DNA from: Octopus vulgaris | Lineage: Eukaryota | Direction: 5' to 3' | DNA: 64,000 bases | NCBI GenBank assembly: GCA_951406725.2 | Contig: OX597816.1 | Span: 171,058,001-171,122,000 of the forward strand | Part shown: piece by piece, positions 38,590 through 52,085 of the stretch | How positions within the stretch are numbered: position 1 is the first letter of the stretch | How the letters are laid out: each line of letters starts with the position of its first letter | Translations under genes and position numbers: made by a program | Notes under the pieces: generated by a model | The model's input: the letters and a program-made list of their open reading frames with translations, nothing else | Databases searched by the model: none | Told to the model about the DNA's origin: nothing

Positions 38590-40500
38590 CGCTACTCTAT
38601 TTACAGGAACAGAACTTGCACCAGACCTTGCACAACTATCACGTTTTCCAGCCATTAGACAACTTCCTGCAAGGAAAAATCTTCAAATCTGAAGAAGATG
38701 CAAAAACAGTCTTTCGTGATTTTATTACCTCTTGCTCTCCAGAATTCTTCGCTGCCGCCATAAATAAGCTACCAATAAAATGGCAAAATTATGTCGATAA
38801 TTTAGAGGCATACTTTGATTAACTGCATTACTTTTTGTTGAGCTAAAGTAAACTTTCAGTTCAAAATCGAACATTTCTTTCTTAATGACCTGATGGTACA
38901 CTGTCATTTTGGAAGTGTACTGTTATTTTGAAAATTTTCAACCAAATTGAAAATAAAGACCAATAAATCTATAAATCAATTTCATTATTTTTAATGAAGA
39001 CTTTCTATTGTCAAAGAGATAGCAATGTTTTCATTTGAAAATCACGCTTTTGAAGCCAATACCATGTCTTCATACATAAACATCATTTATTTGTTTGTTT
39101 GCTCTTTACGAAAGAGATTTTTTCAGGCAATTTGTTCATATATTGTTTTTAATTAAAAGTGTATAAGCCAAGAATTCTATCACCACCACTTCTATTGCTC
39201 CAGGAAGATTTCTTCTACTTTTAATATTTTACTTCCTTCTATTATTCTTTATTCGCTGCTCTTGCCATTATTTTATTCTATAAAACCCTTTTTAACATTT
39301 TCAAAATAGCGGTATATCATATATGTACCAATTTTATAAATTTTTTAAATAATTGGTGGATGTTTTTAAGCAGTTTACTTGTACTGTACACTATACACAT
39401 TAACAGACAGTTCAAATTATTTACATGCCATTTACTATATTAAGAGCAATCGTTTGAGTTTTTCGATAACTTTCTTCCCATAAGCACAATTTATGGAATG
39501 GTAATGATGAAGTAACAGCTGCGTGGTACATTGCTGGGATCTAAGCAACAAAAAAAATTTTGATTTAAATCCCCCACTCTCGACCAAGTGAGGCCGTGTG
39601 TGGTGTGTAAGAAAACACATAGTTACTGACAGAAATGTATGCTATAAAAACAAATTATCTTTTAGATATCTTTTTTAAATCACTGTAGATAAATTCCAGC
39701 GCTGATCTCAGGCTCTCCAATGTCTTATAATTGTAAATAGAAACAATGGGATATGAAAAAATCAGAGATTTTCATTTTTTTTTAATAGCATAAATGTGCT
39801 TATGGGAGGAAAATATTGAGAAACATCAATACATATGACAGTGACAAAGGTAGTCGTAAGATGTGCTAGAAAAAACAGCTAAATCTCCTTTAAATCACAC
39901 ACCTTCTCTTGTGAAAATATTAAATTTTTTTAGCGAAACGGCTTCTCCCATCGTTTTTAAGTACGTGCTACAAAAAAGAATTGGCCAAAATCGGTCTGGA
40001 TGGGCGTAATGATGGGAAGGGAGGGAGGGGAGAACAATTTAGGCTGTGATGAAAAACAAATTGGAAAAATCACCGTCAAAACGAAGAAAAAATCCAACAT
40101 GTGGGTGTTCTAATCCGAAACCCTGCCATTACTGAAATTAGTCATTACTCATTTTGCTCCAATTTAGACATCATTTTTTTGAGAATGGAAAATTATCAAA
40201 TTAGACATTAGTATGGCAAAAATTTTACATGTAATCCAACAGAGAAAAGAATTGTTAAACACCAAAAATTATCCAGGTATTTTATTAGCAACCTCAAAAT
40301 AACAAGAAATCAGAAATTACTTATTTTGACCTACCTCTATAGTAATTTAAATGTTTCACGAATTGGAATAGTACAAAATAACGAAAAATATAGACAAAAG
40401 AAAGAAATAAAAAGGTTCGATTTAATGAAAAACATTCGAAGATTTATGCAATAATAAGCCGAAAAAAATGTTTTTAGCTGTTGTAAGATGTAATTTTATA

Positions 40501-40906
40501 ACTCTTTACTCTTTTACTCTTTTACTTGTTTCAGTCATTTGACTGCGGCCATGCTGGAGCACCGCCTTTAGTGAGCAAATCGACCCCGGGATTTATTCTT
40601 TGTAAGCCCAGTATTTATTCTATCGGTCTCTTTTTGCCGAACCGCTAAGTGACGGGGACGTAAACACACCAGCATCGGTTGTCAAGCAATGCTAGGGGGA
40701 CAAACACAGACACACAAACATATACACACACACACATATATACGACAGGCTTCTTTCAGTTTCCGTCTACCAAATCCACTCACAAGGCATTGGTCGGCCC
40801 GGGGCTATAGTAGAAGACACATGCCCAAGATGCCACGCAGTGGGACTGAACCCGGAGCCATGTGGTTGGTTAGCAAGCTACTTACCACACAGCCACTCCT
40901 GCGCCT
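40501..40906 (-). mobile_element. SINE family A, full length
   Basis: Head AGGCGCAGGAGTGGCTGTGTGGTAAG...GGTTCAGTCCC and tail (AAAAGAGT)n; reverse complement of 42871-43279. Confidence 0.9.
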
Positions 40907-41310
40907 AACTAAAACTAAATTCAAAATTTACATTTTAGAACATTTCTTGCTCATTTCTTCGTTCGTAGAGTAAGACAAGTCTTCGATGCCTCACAGAAAT
41001 AAGGAAGTTTGCAAGTGCCAATATATGTATATCCGTGTGTATGTGTGTGTGTGTGTGTGTGTCTGTGTGCGTGCGTGTGCGTGCGTGTGCGTGCCAGTGT
41101 GCGTGCGCGCGCACACGCCTTTAATTCCAGAGTCATTGTTCAGTCATGTGTTGAAAAAACAAATTTGAACTTCTTTCTGTTAAGCTGTTTCATTTTCTAT
41201 ACATTCACACTTACACACAAGCACACACGCATACACACACACACACACACACACTCGAAACGTAAAAGACTGTCTCACTTTCCCGAGCGCCAAACTAATA
41301 CACCCGCTTG

Positions 41311-41365
<55 letters not shown>

Positions 41366-41404
41366 TAGCCTCAACCAATAGGATGTCTAGAGAACTCACA
41401 TGTA

Positions 41405-41495
41405 TTTTAGCTGATGAGTACAGGACACGTTTATATGCTGTAATTTTTGCAACTTTTAATAAAGCCTGTCCTTGTATGAAACGATTGTACTAAAA
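41405..41495 (+). ncRNA. Type I hammerhead ribozyme with long stem II in a 278-bp (TA)n-flanked island (41363-41640)
   Basis: TTTTAG-CTGATGA-GTACAGGACA...TGTCCTTGTAT-GAAA-CGATTG-TA-CTAAAA. Confidence 0.75.
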
Positions 41496-41637
41496 ACCTA
41501 TCCATTCTTGTTGCTTCTTTCTCGCTTATAATCACCCCACATTACTGTATTGTTAAAACAGTATAGTTTGTTTTGGTGCATCTAAGTTAGGTACCTTATT
41601 CAAGTAAATTCATTTAAATTAACTTGAATCTTTATTG

Positions 41638-41699
<62 letters not shown>

Positions 41700-42870
41700 A
41701 TTATTATTATTATTATTAAAAAAACAATAAAGTGACCAAGAAGCTTAATCAAAATAGGTAAAATATACATAAAAATTAGCTATGCTAGAAAAAAAAGAGT
41801 CAACTCTCCAAAGCCGCATATTTCACAATAAGTAAATACGCAAGGTGAATGTAGTGAATATGATAAAAGATAACCCTTTGCAAAACTACAAAGAAAAGTA
41901 CAGACATCTCAGCATTGATTGATTTTACCTGTTGTGTTAACCAGCACTTAGGATCATTAGCTGAGCTTACGGTATATAACTATTTTACAAAATATATTCA
42001 CTACACCTTGTGCGTTTGTTCACTTGAATACCCTTGCGACATTCAAAAACGAATGATATATATCCAGAATACTAACACATTTTTCGCGTGGCGAATAGCA
42101 TTTCGTCTTGACACCATCTGAGACTCGAAATCTTGGAATATCATCGTGAATTTCATTGTCTGTTAGACGATGATGATGACGGTGACAACGACGAAGGAGG
42201 CGACCAAAGCGAGGATATTGAAGATATCACGTTTACGAAGTCATCAAATAACCATCAGTATTTCAACGTATTTTCGAGAACCGAATTTAATCACGATTTA
42301 TATCATTATATACACAAAATATCACGTTTGAAAAAAATTTGAGGTGTCAAATTATAATATCAACAGTAAAGCAATGAATAAATATATGAATTTATATAGT
42401 TGTTTATACATTGTGTATAGCTAAAGCTTTTAGATCTCAACGAACCAGGCAATCTTTCTGTAAATAGTTACCACAGGGTAGACTATTTCACCGCCGCTTC
42501 TGTCGTTGTTTTTCTTATTTCTGTTGATTTTTTAATTCCCAGAATTAACCCTCCATGAGCAAGTTTTTTTTAAATGTAGTATCTATAAATACTAAAATAT
42601 GATATTAAAATAAGATTCTAAAATATGATGTAAGGAGATTTTGGTAATATTTCTTGCAAGCCGAGCGGTTCTACAGTTTTCATGTTTTGCAGTACAGTGT
42701 TCAAAGAAACCTTCCTGTAGACGCGACCAAAAGATGACATGTCAACACCAAGCTTCTATGCAGTCACTCTTTCTGCTAGAAACAGCAACCAGACCTCCCT
42801 CAAACCACATGATTTAAAAAGGGAGAGTCATATGAAACAATATTAGTAAAAATACACCATAAAATACACC

Positions 42871-43279
42871 AGGCGCAGGAGTGGCTGTCTGGTAAGTAGC
42901 TTGCTAACCAACCACATGGTTCTGGGTTCAGTCCCACTGCGTGACATCTTGCGCAAGTGTCTTCTGCTATAGCCCCGGGCCGACCAATGCCTTGTGAGTG
43001 GATTTGGAAACTGAAAGAAGCCTGTCGTATATATGTATATATATATGTATGTGTGTATATGTTTGTGTGTCTGTGTTTGTCCCCCTAGCATTGCTTGACA
43101 ACCGATGCTGGTGTGTTTACATCCCCGTCACTTAGCGGTTCGGCAAAAGAGACCGATAGAATAAGTACTGGGCTTACAAAGAATAAGTCCCGGGGTCGAG
43201 TTGCTCGACTAAAGGCGGTGCTCCAGCATGGCCGCAGTCAAATGACTGAAACAAGTAAAAGAGTAAAAGAGTAAAGAGT
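42871..43279 (+). mobile_element. SINE family A, full length
   Basis: As 40501-40906. Confidence 0.9.
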
Positions 43280-45444
43280 GTATTTATAAACCATGCGATG
43301 CTTATGATTTCTGAGTTAGGGGATGGTACACTTAATCTGTTGCCTAGTTTAACATTGACCACTTGGTCCTTCCATGAAATCAAGCCATATCTTCAATTTG
43401 AGAACGACTTCTTCTCTTCCACCAGTTTCGGAGCACCTGAGAAAAGAGAAAGAGCATGTGCTAAACGATAAAAAGATATAACAAAGTTCGTTTCGATCCA
43501 CTTAATCCCATGAAAGAAATCTGCATTTCGGGGCCGCATAGAAACCGATCTTGCCATTGCAAATCGCCAATCTCATTCATACACTTCTCGTCAATTCGAC
43601 ATTACATTAAACTTACCTTTATATGTCTCTGACTTTCCATATATGTGTGTGAGTATATGTGTATGTGCGAGTCCGTGTGTGCGTGTGCATGTGTCTGTGC
43701 ATGTGTATGCGAGTTCGAGCGCGTGTGAATGTGTGTTATCAGCTAACTGAAACGAAAGTTTCACTTCTTTTCTAAGGTGATTGTTAGCAGAATACAAACT
43801 TAGAAATTCTTCAGCCGGTAGGTCAACTATATATCGGCACAACCTTTGTAACTCTACATGTGATGAAATGAACATATTAATTTCTTCTTCATTTCATAAA
43901 TTAGGGCTAAATCTAACTTCTCTCTTGATAGGCGAAGATGTCACAAACTTAACCTAGAGTACAACACAACGCCAATGAAAACATCTTCCAACTAACCACT
44001 TCCTTTATCTATCACTTCTCATTTAGTCACGATCGTACTATAAATGTGGTCGCTGAAGTATTGCAAAGGTTACCGTTTATCTATTAATATATCCCTAAAT
44101 CGGCGGCATTATTTTTGATTCAATTTCTAACTTGGCTGCAATAATATTTCCTTATTTATTTAACATTAAGATCAAATAGAATATTTCATAGTCGGGATTA
44201 ATTACTTCGTAAACGGAGATTGCTTTTAACTATTGAAACTTTGGCAGCTCAAATCTGAAGTTATTAACAATCAAATATCAATATTTGAATGTAGTTTCTA
44301 AATCTAACACAAGTATTTATTTATATGTACATCTTCCAAACCTAGGTTTCTAGATTGCTATAAAATCCATTACATTGCATATTACATGTTCTCAATAGAA
44401 AATATTATGGCTATCCATATTCTTCTAGATTTGTGTCCGATAGATTGATCAGTTTTTATATTGAACAAACTCTTATGATAAGTTTATGATCAATAGAATT
44501 CATTGACTTTACCTTATCCAATAGGGCAAAGAAAGAAAAAAATTAATTATTAGTCTTTGAACTATCATTTTATTGCTTCCTAATAATTTCAGAGCAGCAC
44601 ACAGCCACAAATACCTATTGATGATGCAGAAACTGATACTTAGTGCCGTAAATTTACTATCAATATATTACTTTCAAAGTTTTTGATGGCTCCCATAAAT
44701 AGTAAGGCTTTCGACATGAAGTAGTGCTCATTATATCGAAACCTTCTTGTGAAGAAACATAGACGAATTGGTTTTAAATGGCTGCTTGATCTCCAAGATA
44801 AAATACTCTACATTGCAGTTCTTCCTATTTGCTATTCTAATATAACACTTGAAGTCTCTATAGTATAAAGATCGAAATGCGCTCTCTCGTGTATTTTCTA
44901 TTATTCGTACTTTTCATCAAAAACGATTTCTTGCCATTTTAAATATTATACTTTATGGATTATTGCAACAAACAACTAATAAAAACACTTTACCACTAGC
45001 TTAGACTAATATTTATTCTTTCCTTCTATTTGATTTTTTCTAATAGCTTTTCTTTCATTATGTGTATGAAATATTTTAAACATGAATAACCCTCGTGTGC
45101 ACGCTTGTAAAGTGCTTCAAATATAGGATGCATTCTACTTTCAATTTACGAACAAATGAATTAGAAATATGTGCATAACATTTTTTGAAGGCTTAAATAT
45201 GCGTGACCGAATACTTTTTGGAATGAAAGTGTACCACATAGTTGCTGACAAATAACACATTTTTTGCAGAAAAATTTCTAAAGATGAAAAATTGGGAAAT
45301 TTAAGATGAGGTAAACATTCTTTACATTTATGATGAATGCAGACCGCTTTGTGTGAGGTTGTCTCAAACTGAAGCTATGGCTTGATTTCATCGAAGGACC
45401 AAGTGGTCAGTGTTAAACTAGGCAACAGATTAAATTACTATCCC

Positions 45445-45887
45445 GAGAAGAGAGTAAGAGTAGAAAAGGCAGTAAAAGGGAAGGATGGCCGGATGCTAAC
45501 ATCAATTCTAGAACAAAAAATCGATGGAAGTAGCATTTTGAAGATTTGTTCAATAGACTACCTCCAGACACAATAGCCAACATTGTGCCAAGAAATTTGG
45601 ATCTTAACATCAGCCTTGACCCACCGCCCAAGTTTGAAATAAGAAAGGCTATACAATCCCTCAAGAATGGGAAAGCATGAGGTGTAGACAACATTCCAGC
45701 TGAAGAAATGAAATCAGCTATAGAAATAGCGGTAGAAATGTTTCATCCATTATTTTCTAAGATATGGCAGGAAGAAAATGTGTCTAATGATTGGAAAGAG
45801 GGACTCATTGTAAAATTGCCCAAAAAAGGTGATTTAAGCGATTGTGGAAATTATAGAGGGATTATGCTATTATCGACTCCCGGAAAA
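45445..45887 (+). pseudogene. RTE-clade LINE RT fragment
   Basis: EIRKAIQSLKNGKA*GVDNIPAE...IWQEENVSNDWKEGLIVKLPKKGDLSDCGNYRGIMLLSTPGK. Confidence 0.88.
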
Positions 45888-47119
45888 TCTGCCTTTTACA
45901 GAACAATAAGAATTTGGTCTTATATTATACTAGTAAACAGTAATTTTACTCATGAGCATAGAGCTAGGTCAAGCTGAAATTAAATGAAGTCACGTAAAAC
46001 AGCGTCGAATAAAATATATTAGCATGAAGTCATATTCAACATGTCGAGCAGACTCGGACATGTGAAGACCTGTCGCTGCAACACTACTTCGTGTGACTTT
46101 ATATATTAAATTCAAACTAGATCAAGCGTTATGCACATCAGCAAATGTATTATCTTCACTTTGAAAACATAAGGACACAGTGAAAGTGTCAAGTCCAACA
46201 GGAAACGGTGTTTCCTAGGGCTAAATAACAGTAGCATTCTTCCCTTTCATGGGACTGTCACGTTAAGTTGACAACATACTATCACTTTAGCAAACGTATT
46301 GTTTGTTATTCTAATATAACAACACATTGTTCTTTATCGGACAGTGAAAGGTAGATTTGTTGTTCGTAATTGACAACGTGAAAGAAAGAAGAAATGTATG
46401 CGTCTACATCCAATGACTTCACTTACAATCCAATGTGTTTTAACACATGTCGTTTGGGAGAAGAATTTCCTCTTGAAACTATTTCCGCAGCGAAAGGTTT
46501 TCACACGTCCACTGTATTCGAACGTGTTAAATATGCATGTATATGAATATACTATTAACTATTATGTTTCGACGGGTGTGCCTGTGTATTTGTGTGATTA
46601 CAAATGCGAATACAAGCTATCTTTTAACTAGAATTCATTAACTCGCTAATTGAGAGCTTCATACGTAATTGAGGTAACTGAGATACTAATTAAGAGTTAA
46701 CTTGATTGTTTTGATGTAGAGAATATTAATATCGCTACTTTATCTATGCATCCAAAGACAGATAAATCTAATTCTTGCAAAAACAAGCAGATGGTAAACT
46801 AAAAATATGTGCCCATACTTGCTACAATTTCCTTTTATTCGTTATTTTAGTCTTTATAAAAGCGTAAACCCACGCAACATACTTTTGCCCATTTTCGAAG
46901 AATATAGAACTTTTTTCTTACACCCGATCAAAAGTAATAATACGTTTAAATGGTAAAATGGAATAAACAGTAGGCGAGAGGGTGGAGCCTCTGCAAACTT
47001 TATGCTTAACAGTAGTTTACTTCGTTTATGTAACAATTCCATATCTAATTCAATTAGAGTCAATTTTATCGCTTCAGCTCTTTGCTGTCGTCCTTTACAC
47101 ATTTATAGGATTGCATTGT

Positions 47120-47740
47120 GGAGGCGCAATGGCCCAGTGGTTAGGGCAGCGGACTCGCGGTCGTAGGATCGGCGAGCTGGCAGAAACGTTAGCACGCCGG
47201 GCGAAATGCTTAGCGGTATTTCGTCTGCGTTACGTTGTGAGTTCAAATTCCGCCGAGGTCGACTTTCATCCTTTCGGGGGTCGATAAAATAAGTACCAGT
47301 TACGCACTGGGGTCGATATAATCGACTTAATACCTATGTCTGTCCTTGTTTGTCCCCTCTGTGTTTAGCCCCTTGTGGGTAATAAAGAAATAGGTCGTAG
47401 GATCGTGGTTTCGATTCCCAGACCGGGCGTTGTGAGTGTTTATTGAGCGAAAACACCTGAAGCTCCAGTAGGCTCCGGCAGGGGATGGTGGTGATCCCTG
47501 CTGAACTCTTTCACCACAACTTTCTCTCACTCTAACTTCCTGTTTCTGCTGTACCTGTATTTCAAAAGGCCGGCCTTGTGACTCTCTGTGTCACGCTGAA
47601 TATCCCCGAGAACTACGTTAAGGGTACACGTGTCTGTGGAGTGCTCAGCCACTTACACGTTAATTTCACGAGCAGGCTGTTCCGTTGATCGGATCAACCG
47701 GAACCCTCGTCGTCGTAACCGACGGGCTGCTTCCATCCCA
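47120..47740 (+). mobile_element. SINE family B (tail type 3) interrupted by a family C SINE
   Basis: Head at 47120-47170 resumes at 47393. Confidence 0.88.
47171..47392 (+). mobile_element. SINE family C nested insertion
   Basis: 12-bp TSD GGTCGTAGGATC (47159-47170 and 47393-47404). Confidence 0.9.
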
Positions 47741-48202
47741 TAGCATTGCATTATACAATAAGTAATTATAAAACAAATTCGAGCGAGCCTCGTGAAATAA
47801 GAAATAAACTTCTGATACGTTGCATTAGTAGCATGGTTTCAATTTCCTACTAAAACGATAACATTTACCTTATGCAGCAAATACAGTACGAATATCACAG
47901 TACTCCATCTCTTTTGTAGAGTAACCACGTTAACATAATAAAGGTAAGTAAACGAGGCCCAGTTATTTCGACTTTTCTTTCGTATTTTTAGCCCTGGTTC
48001 TGTTCGTTTTATCACAGGAATCCTTTTTCTTTTTTATGGCAGAATGAATCGAAGCCTTCTAGTTTCCATCAAAAGCCCGAAATATTGTCAAGTCAGGTAA
48101 TTCGATTTTTACGAATATCACATTTAAATCAAGAATACGTATTCCTGTGTGGGATTATGCATGATTGTGAATATACTTGTGTGTGTATATGTGTGTGCGC
48201 AC

Positions 48203-48233
<31 letters not shown>

Positions 48234-48262
48234 CGTACGTACGTACGTATGTATCCATGTTT

Positions 48263-48769
48263 CGAATTTTATCAAAAAGTATCGGGACCGTTACTATGGT
48301 AACGAGGTTAAAGTACGCAAAGTGAAGCCGCATGGCACAGATTGACCTTGAACTATGTCGTGTAAGCACACTAAATTATAACAGTTTCACTTCCGTTGTT
48401 TATATCAGTGTTTAGAAGTAAAGTGTGTAGAGTGTAGGTGATTCAAAAAGAAGATCGGGTTTCGATTCCACATGATCTCCTTGATTGTGTCATGGAAGAC
48501 GAAAACGTTTTGAAAACGGTCTTAAAAGGTGACAGGAATCCCACTTGAAAGGAAAGAGATTTCGGAGACGTCGAAAAAATCGAAGGGAATGCAACGAGGC
48601 AGCTAGTCGCTGTCCCCAAAACGGAGTTCAAGAAATGCTTCTATTTCGCTGGATAAAGTGTGTTAGCTTCAGAAGGAGACTACTTCGAAGGGGATTAAAT
48701 GCCGAATTGATATATGTTGTAGTTTTCTTTTTATAGCAACAGTCCCGATACCTTTTCATCAGACTTTCG
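48263..48769 (+). mobile_element. Internally deleted mariner
   Basis: Degenerate TIRs (AAAAGTATCGGGACCGTTACTAT / ATAGCAACAGTCCCGATACCTTTT); C-terminal remnants LKGKRF...RWIKCV...GDYFEGD. Confidence 0.72.
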
Positions 48770-49174
48770 TTTGTATGTATGTATGTATGTATGTATGTAT
48801 GTATGTATGTATGTATGTATGTATGTATGTATATATGTATGTATGTATGTCTTTTTTTTTTTACTTGTTTCAGTCATTTTGACTGCGGCCATGCTGGAGC
48901 ACCGCCTTTATGCATGTATGTATGTAAAATTTCCGAGACATATTTTCTTTCTATTGTTTTCTCAGAAGAAAAAATTATTCTACCGGATGGGAAAAAGAGG
49001 GAGAACGAAAATGATAGGGCGGGATTATGATACAAAAACACAAGAAACCCATTTTGTAATTCTTACCATTCTTAGGCCCATTCCTGGTGTCTTCTTCCTG
49101 TGCAGCTTTCTAAAAGTTTTAATAAAAGTTAATGAGTTACAGAAGTGAATTTTATGTTTCATGTGCATAGATTA

Positions 49175-49535
49175 CTAGCAGTATCGCCCGGCGTTGCTCG
49201 GGTCTGTTTCGACCCTTTAGAATTGGAATTTTTGAAAAGTAAAAATTGTGCATTATTATTATTTCTTTGTTATTCTCTTTAAGTGAACATTTTTCTGGTT
49301 GAAATACACCGAAAAATGGCGACACAGCAGTCAAAAAATCGAAAACAATAGGGATACTCATAGAAAAAAAGCACCTTTTTGATGTAAATAATTTTTGGTG
49401 TTAACATGGTCCTTTTTTAAGGAAGGAATAACAAGCGTTCTTCTATCATACCGCAGGGTCTCGGAGGAGACAGTGTTAGTTGAAGGCTACTAAACCTGCC
49501 ATACACAGACAACTTCAGCTTTATATAGAGAGAGA
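49175..49535 (-). mobile_element. Non-autonomous Helitron, divergent interior
   Basis: Same 3' 28 nt (hairpin + CTAG) as the other copies, TC 5' end, AT target. Confidence 0.8.
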
Positions 49536-50237
49536 TTCATTCTTTTCTATGGATTACGGTCGAAATCCTTAGTTTCATTTCAGATCTTAAATCATGATTA
49601 TTTCTGATCTTCCCAATAACGATCCCATTTTCACGGAGATATTGCTTATTTTGTCTTCAATGTGTGAGTGACACGCAGAATTCTGATAAATACTGTTTCA
49701 TTGAAATAAAGTTTATTTTACTTTTGTTTCTTTTCAAGAATTTTGAGTATCTTTTCGTATTTTACCTTACACCTTGTGATGTAATTGAAAACTCCGGTTC
49801 CACTGTGCAGGCTGTTGGCGTTTTATTTTAATTTTTGGTAAACTCCTTAGCATCTTACTATGAAGAAATATGGGGCAAGAATGACCTCGGTTTTATTTCA
49901 GATGATAGCGGTTGCAACTGTAAAGTTGTGCTTTCCAGCTGCTGTCAAATATGCTTTGTCTTGGGAATGTGGGGAAATTATTCTCAAAATACTATTGCAA
50001 ATTATTTTTAACTCTTTGGAAAGGGTTTTATATAGAGTTAAACGAGTGCTCACTTGAAGGGGTGGTGGCGTTGTGTTTTGTTGGGGGTTTTTTTGTCGTA
50101 AAATTCATGCCAACATATTCATGTGCAAGCTAACTGCACTCGATTAGAAAATGGTCAATATTTTCATCCTTTTTTTGCCACACACTTTACATTTTATTTT
50201 GACTTTTGTTACACGCCTTAATATCTTACCTATTTCT

Positions 50238-50420
50238 AAACACAGAGAGGACAAACAAGGACAGACACACGGATTAAGTCGATTATATCGATCCCAGTGC
50301 GTAACTGGTACTTATTTAATCGACCCCGAAAGGATGAAAGGCAAAGTCAACCTCGGCAGAATTTGAACTCATAACGTAACGGCTGACGAAATACGGCTAC
50401 GCATTTCGCCCGGCGTGCTA
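50238..50420 (-). mobile_element. SINE family C
   Basis: Reverse complement of the family C body. Confidence 0.8.
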
Positions 50421-51097
50421 ATTGCTGCTAGAACTGTAAAGGAAGAGCCATTGATGGTCTTTGGCATGTGAGTGTTTGTGCTTTCCAACTACCGTCAAAT
50501 ACGCTCTGTTTCGGAAAATTGGGAAAATTATTCTCAAAATTATTGCAATTTACTTTAAACTCTTTAGAAATGGTTTTATATAGCGTTAAACAAGTGTTGC
50601 CTGGAGGTAGAGGCGGTGTTTTGGTTGGTGGTAAAATTCGTGATAAGAGTTGTGAAACTGGTGATTTGCTTATCGCACGCTTCACAACGGTTTCAGCTGA
50701 ATTTTGATATCTTCTGAAAATTGACCGAAATACGTTTAATGCGACGACAAGTGCTTATTGTCAAAGTCGCTTATCTGTAAACTGATTAGCATTTGAAAGG
50801 ATTTCATTCCACTCAATCTTCATATAGTTTCTAAAACTATTTCACTGACTTTTCTGATAACGGAATAAACGTTGATTTAAATGTAAAGACCATGTGAAGT
50901 GAACAGAATACTTACATATTAACTCATCTATTTTTCACTACGATTAGGGTTAAAAGCGCTTTGTAATTTTGTTGGAGGCAATATTGGTCATTAAAGCGGA
51001 ATTCTATACAACGTAAAAAATTTAGGATGTAAAAGTCTATATGATGTATAAAAACGGTTATATGTTGTAAAGACCATATGATTTTAAAATATGTATA

Positions 51098-51494
51098 TCT
51101 TTATATATAAAAGTGAAGTTGTGTGTCTGTCTCCTACGATTTAGATTCCTAACTACTCCCACATTTTGCGGTGCAGTGTAACCAAAACCGGGTATCTTAT
51201 AGTCGTGATTCATATCGAGCCCTTCTGGGTATTAGCGCGTCTACGATGAGTCTACGATTTTTAAAAACTTTACCATCAGTTTTTTCCATTTTAATGCATT
51301 TTTTTCGCCATTATATAAGGGAAGTAACTCTCTAAAAATGTCTACGATGAGTCAACGATTTAAAAAAAAAATTTACCATCATTTGTTTTCCATTTTTAAT
51401 GCATTTTTTTGCTATTTCTTTGCTATAACCCTCTAAAAATGCTTATATAGTTATTTCCCTTACAAACCCGAGCAACGCCGGGCGATGCTGCTAG
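51098..51494 (+). mobile_element. Non-autonomous Helitron with an internal duplication
   Basis: A|TCTTTATATATAAAAG...GCTAG|T; the segment GTCTACGATGAGTC...TTTAATGCATTTTTT occurs twice. Confidence 0.9.
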
Positions 51495-51729
51495 TTCCAT
51501 ATAATTCTGTTTAAATAAGTGTGAATTGTCTATGGATGCCCGTTTTATATTCAGAAATTACAAATCGTACACCATCAATGTTATATTTATATCATTATTC
51601 GCAACCTCCCAGGGAAGATTATACAATTTATATAGAGAAAAAAAAACTTTTTTCTCAAACCACATACTACCTTCTGTCAAGAAAGAATACGTAGGAACAC
51701 AAATGTTAAGCAGAGTAATTTGCAATCAA

Positions 51730-52080
51730 TCTTTCTCTATCTCCTTCCGGTCGCTACATAGACAACTGTATAGGTGCAACCTCCCTCCCCCATGAACAAT
51801 TCTACCACTTCATATCTTTCCTCTCTAACTTCCACCCTTCTCCCCAATTCACTTCTACTATCTCTGACACCTCTGTTAACCTCCTCGACATCTCTCTTAC
51901 CATTGACCACCCCTTCCACCCTCTCACCACCTTCACCTTTCTTCAAACCCACAGATTCCCACCTCTACCTCAACTTCTCCTCCTCCCATCCCTTCCACAT
52001 TAAACGGGCCTTCCTCTACTCCCAGTTCCTCCGCCTTCGATGCTTGTACAGCCGTGACCAGGATTTTGAGACCCACAGTA
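51730..52080 (+). pseudogene. Second PLE family RT/thumb fragment
   Basis: FFKPTDSHLYLNFSSSHPFHIKRAFLYSQFLRLRCLYS in ORF 51774..52100. Confidence 0.8.
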
Positions 52081-52085
52081 TCGAA

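Larger units (their letters stand above)
36869..38893 (+). mobile_element. mariner transposon (defective) hosting a Helitron and a SINE
   Basis: TIRs TCAGGTCATTAAGAATGAAATGTTTGATTTT / AAAATCGAACATTTCTTTCTTAATGACCTGA. Transposase pieces: RWFEKLRSGEFTLEN..RGRP, WVPYGL, RIVTCAEKWILF, DNARSH and YHVFQPLDNFLQGKIF. Confidence 0.9.
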
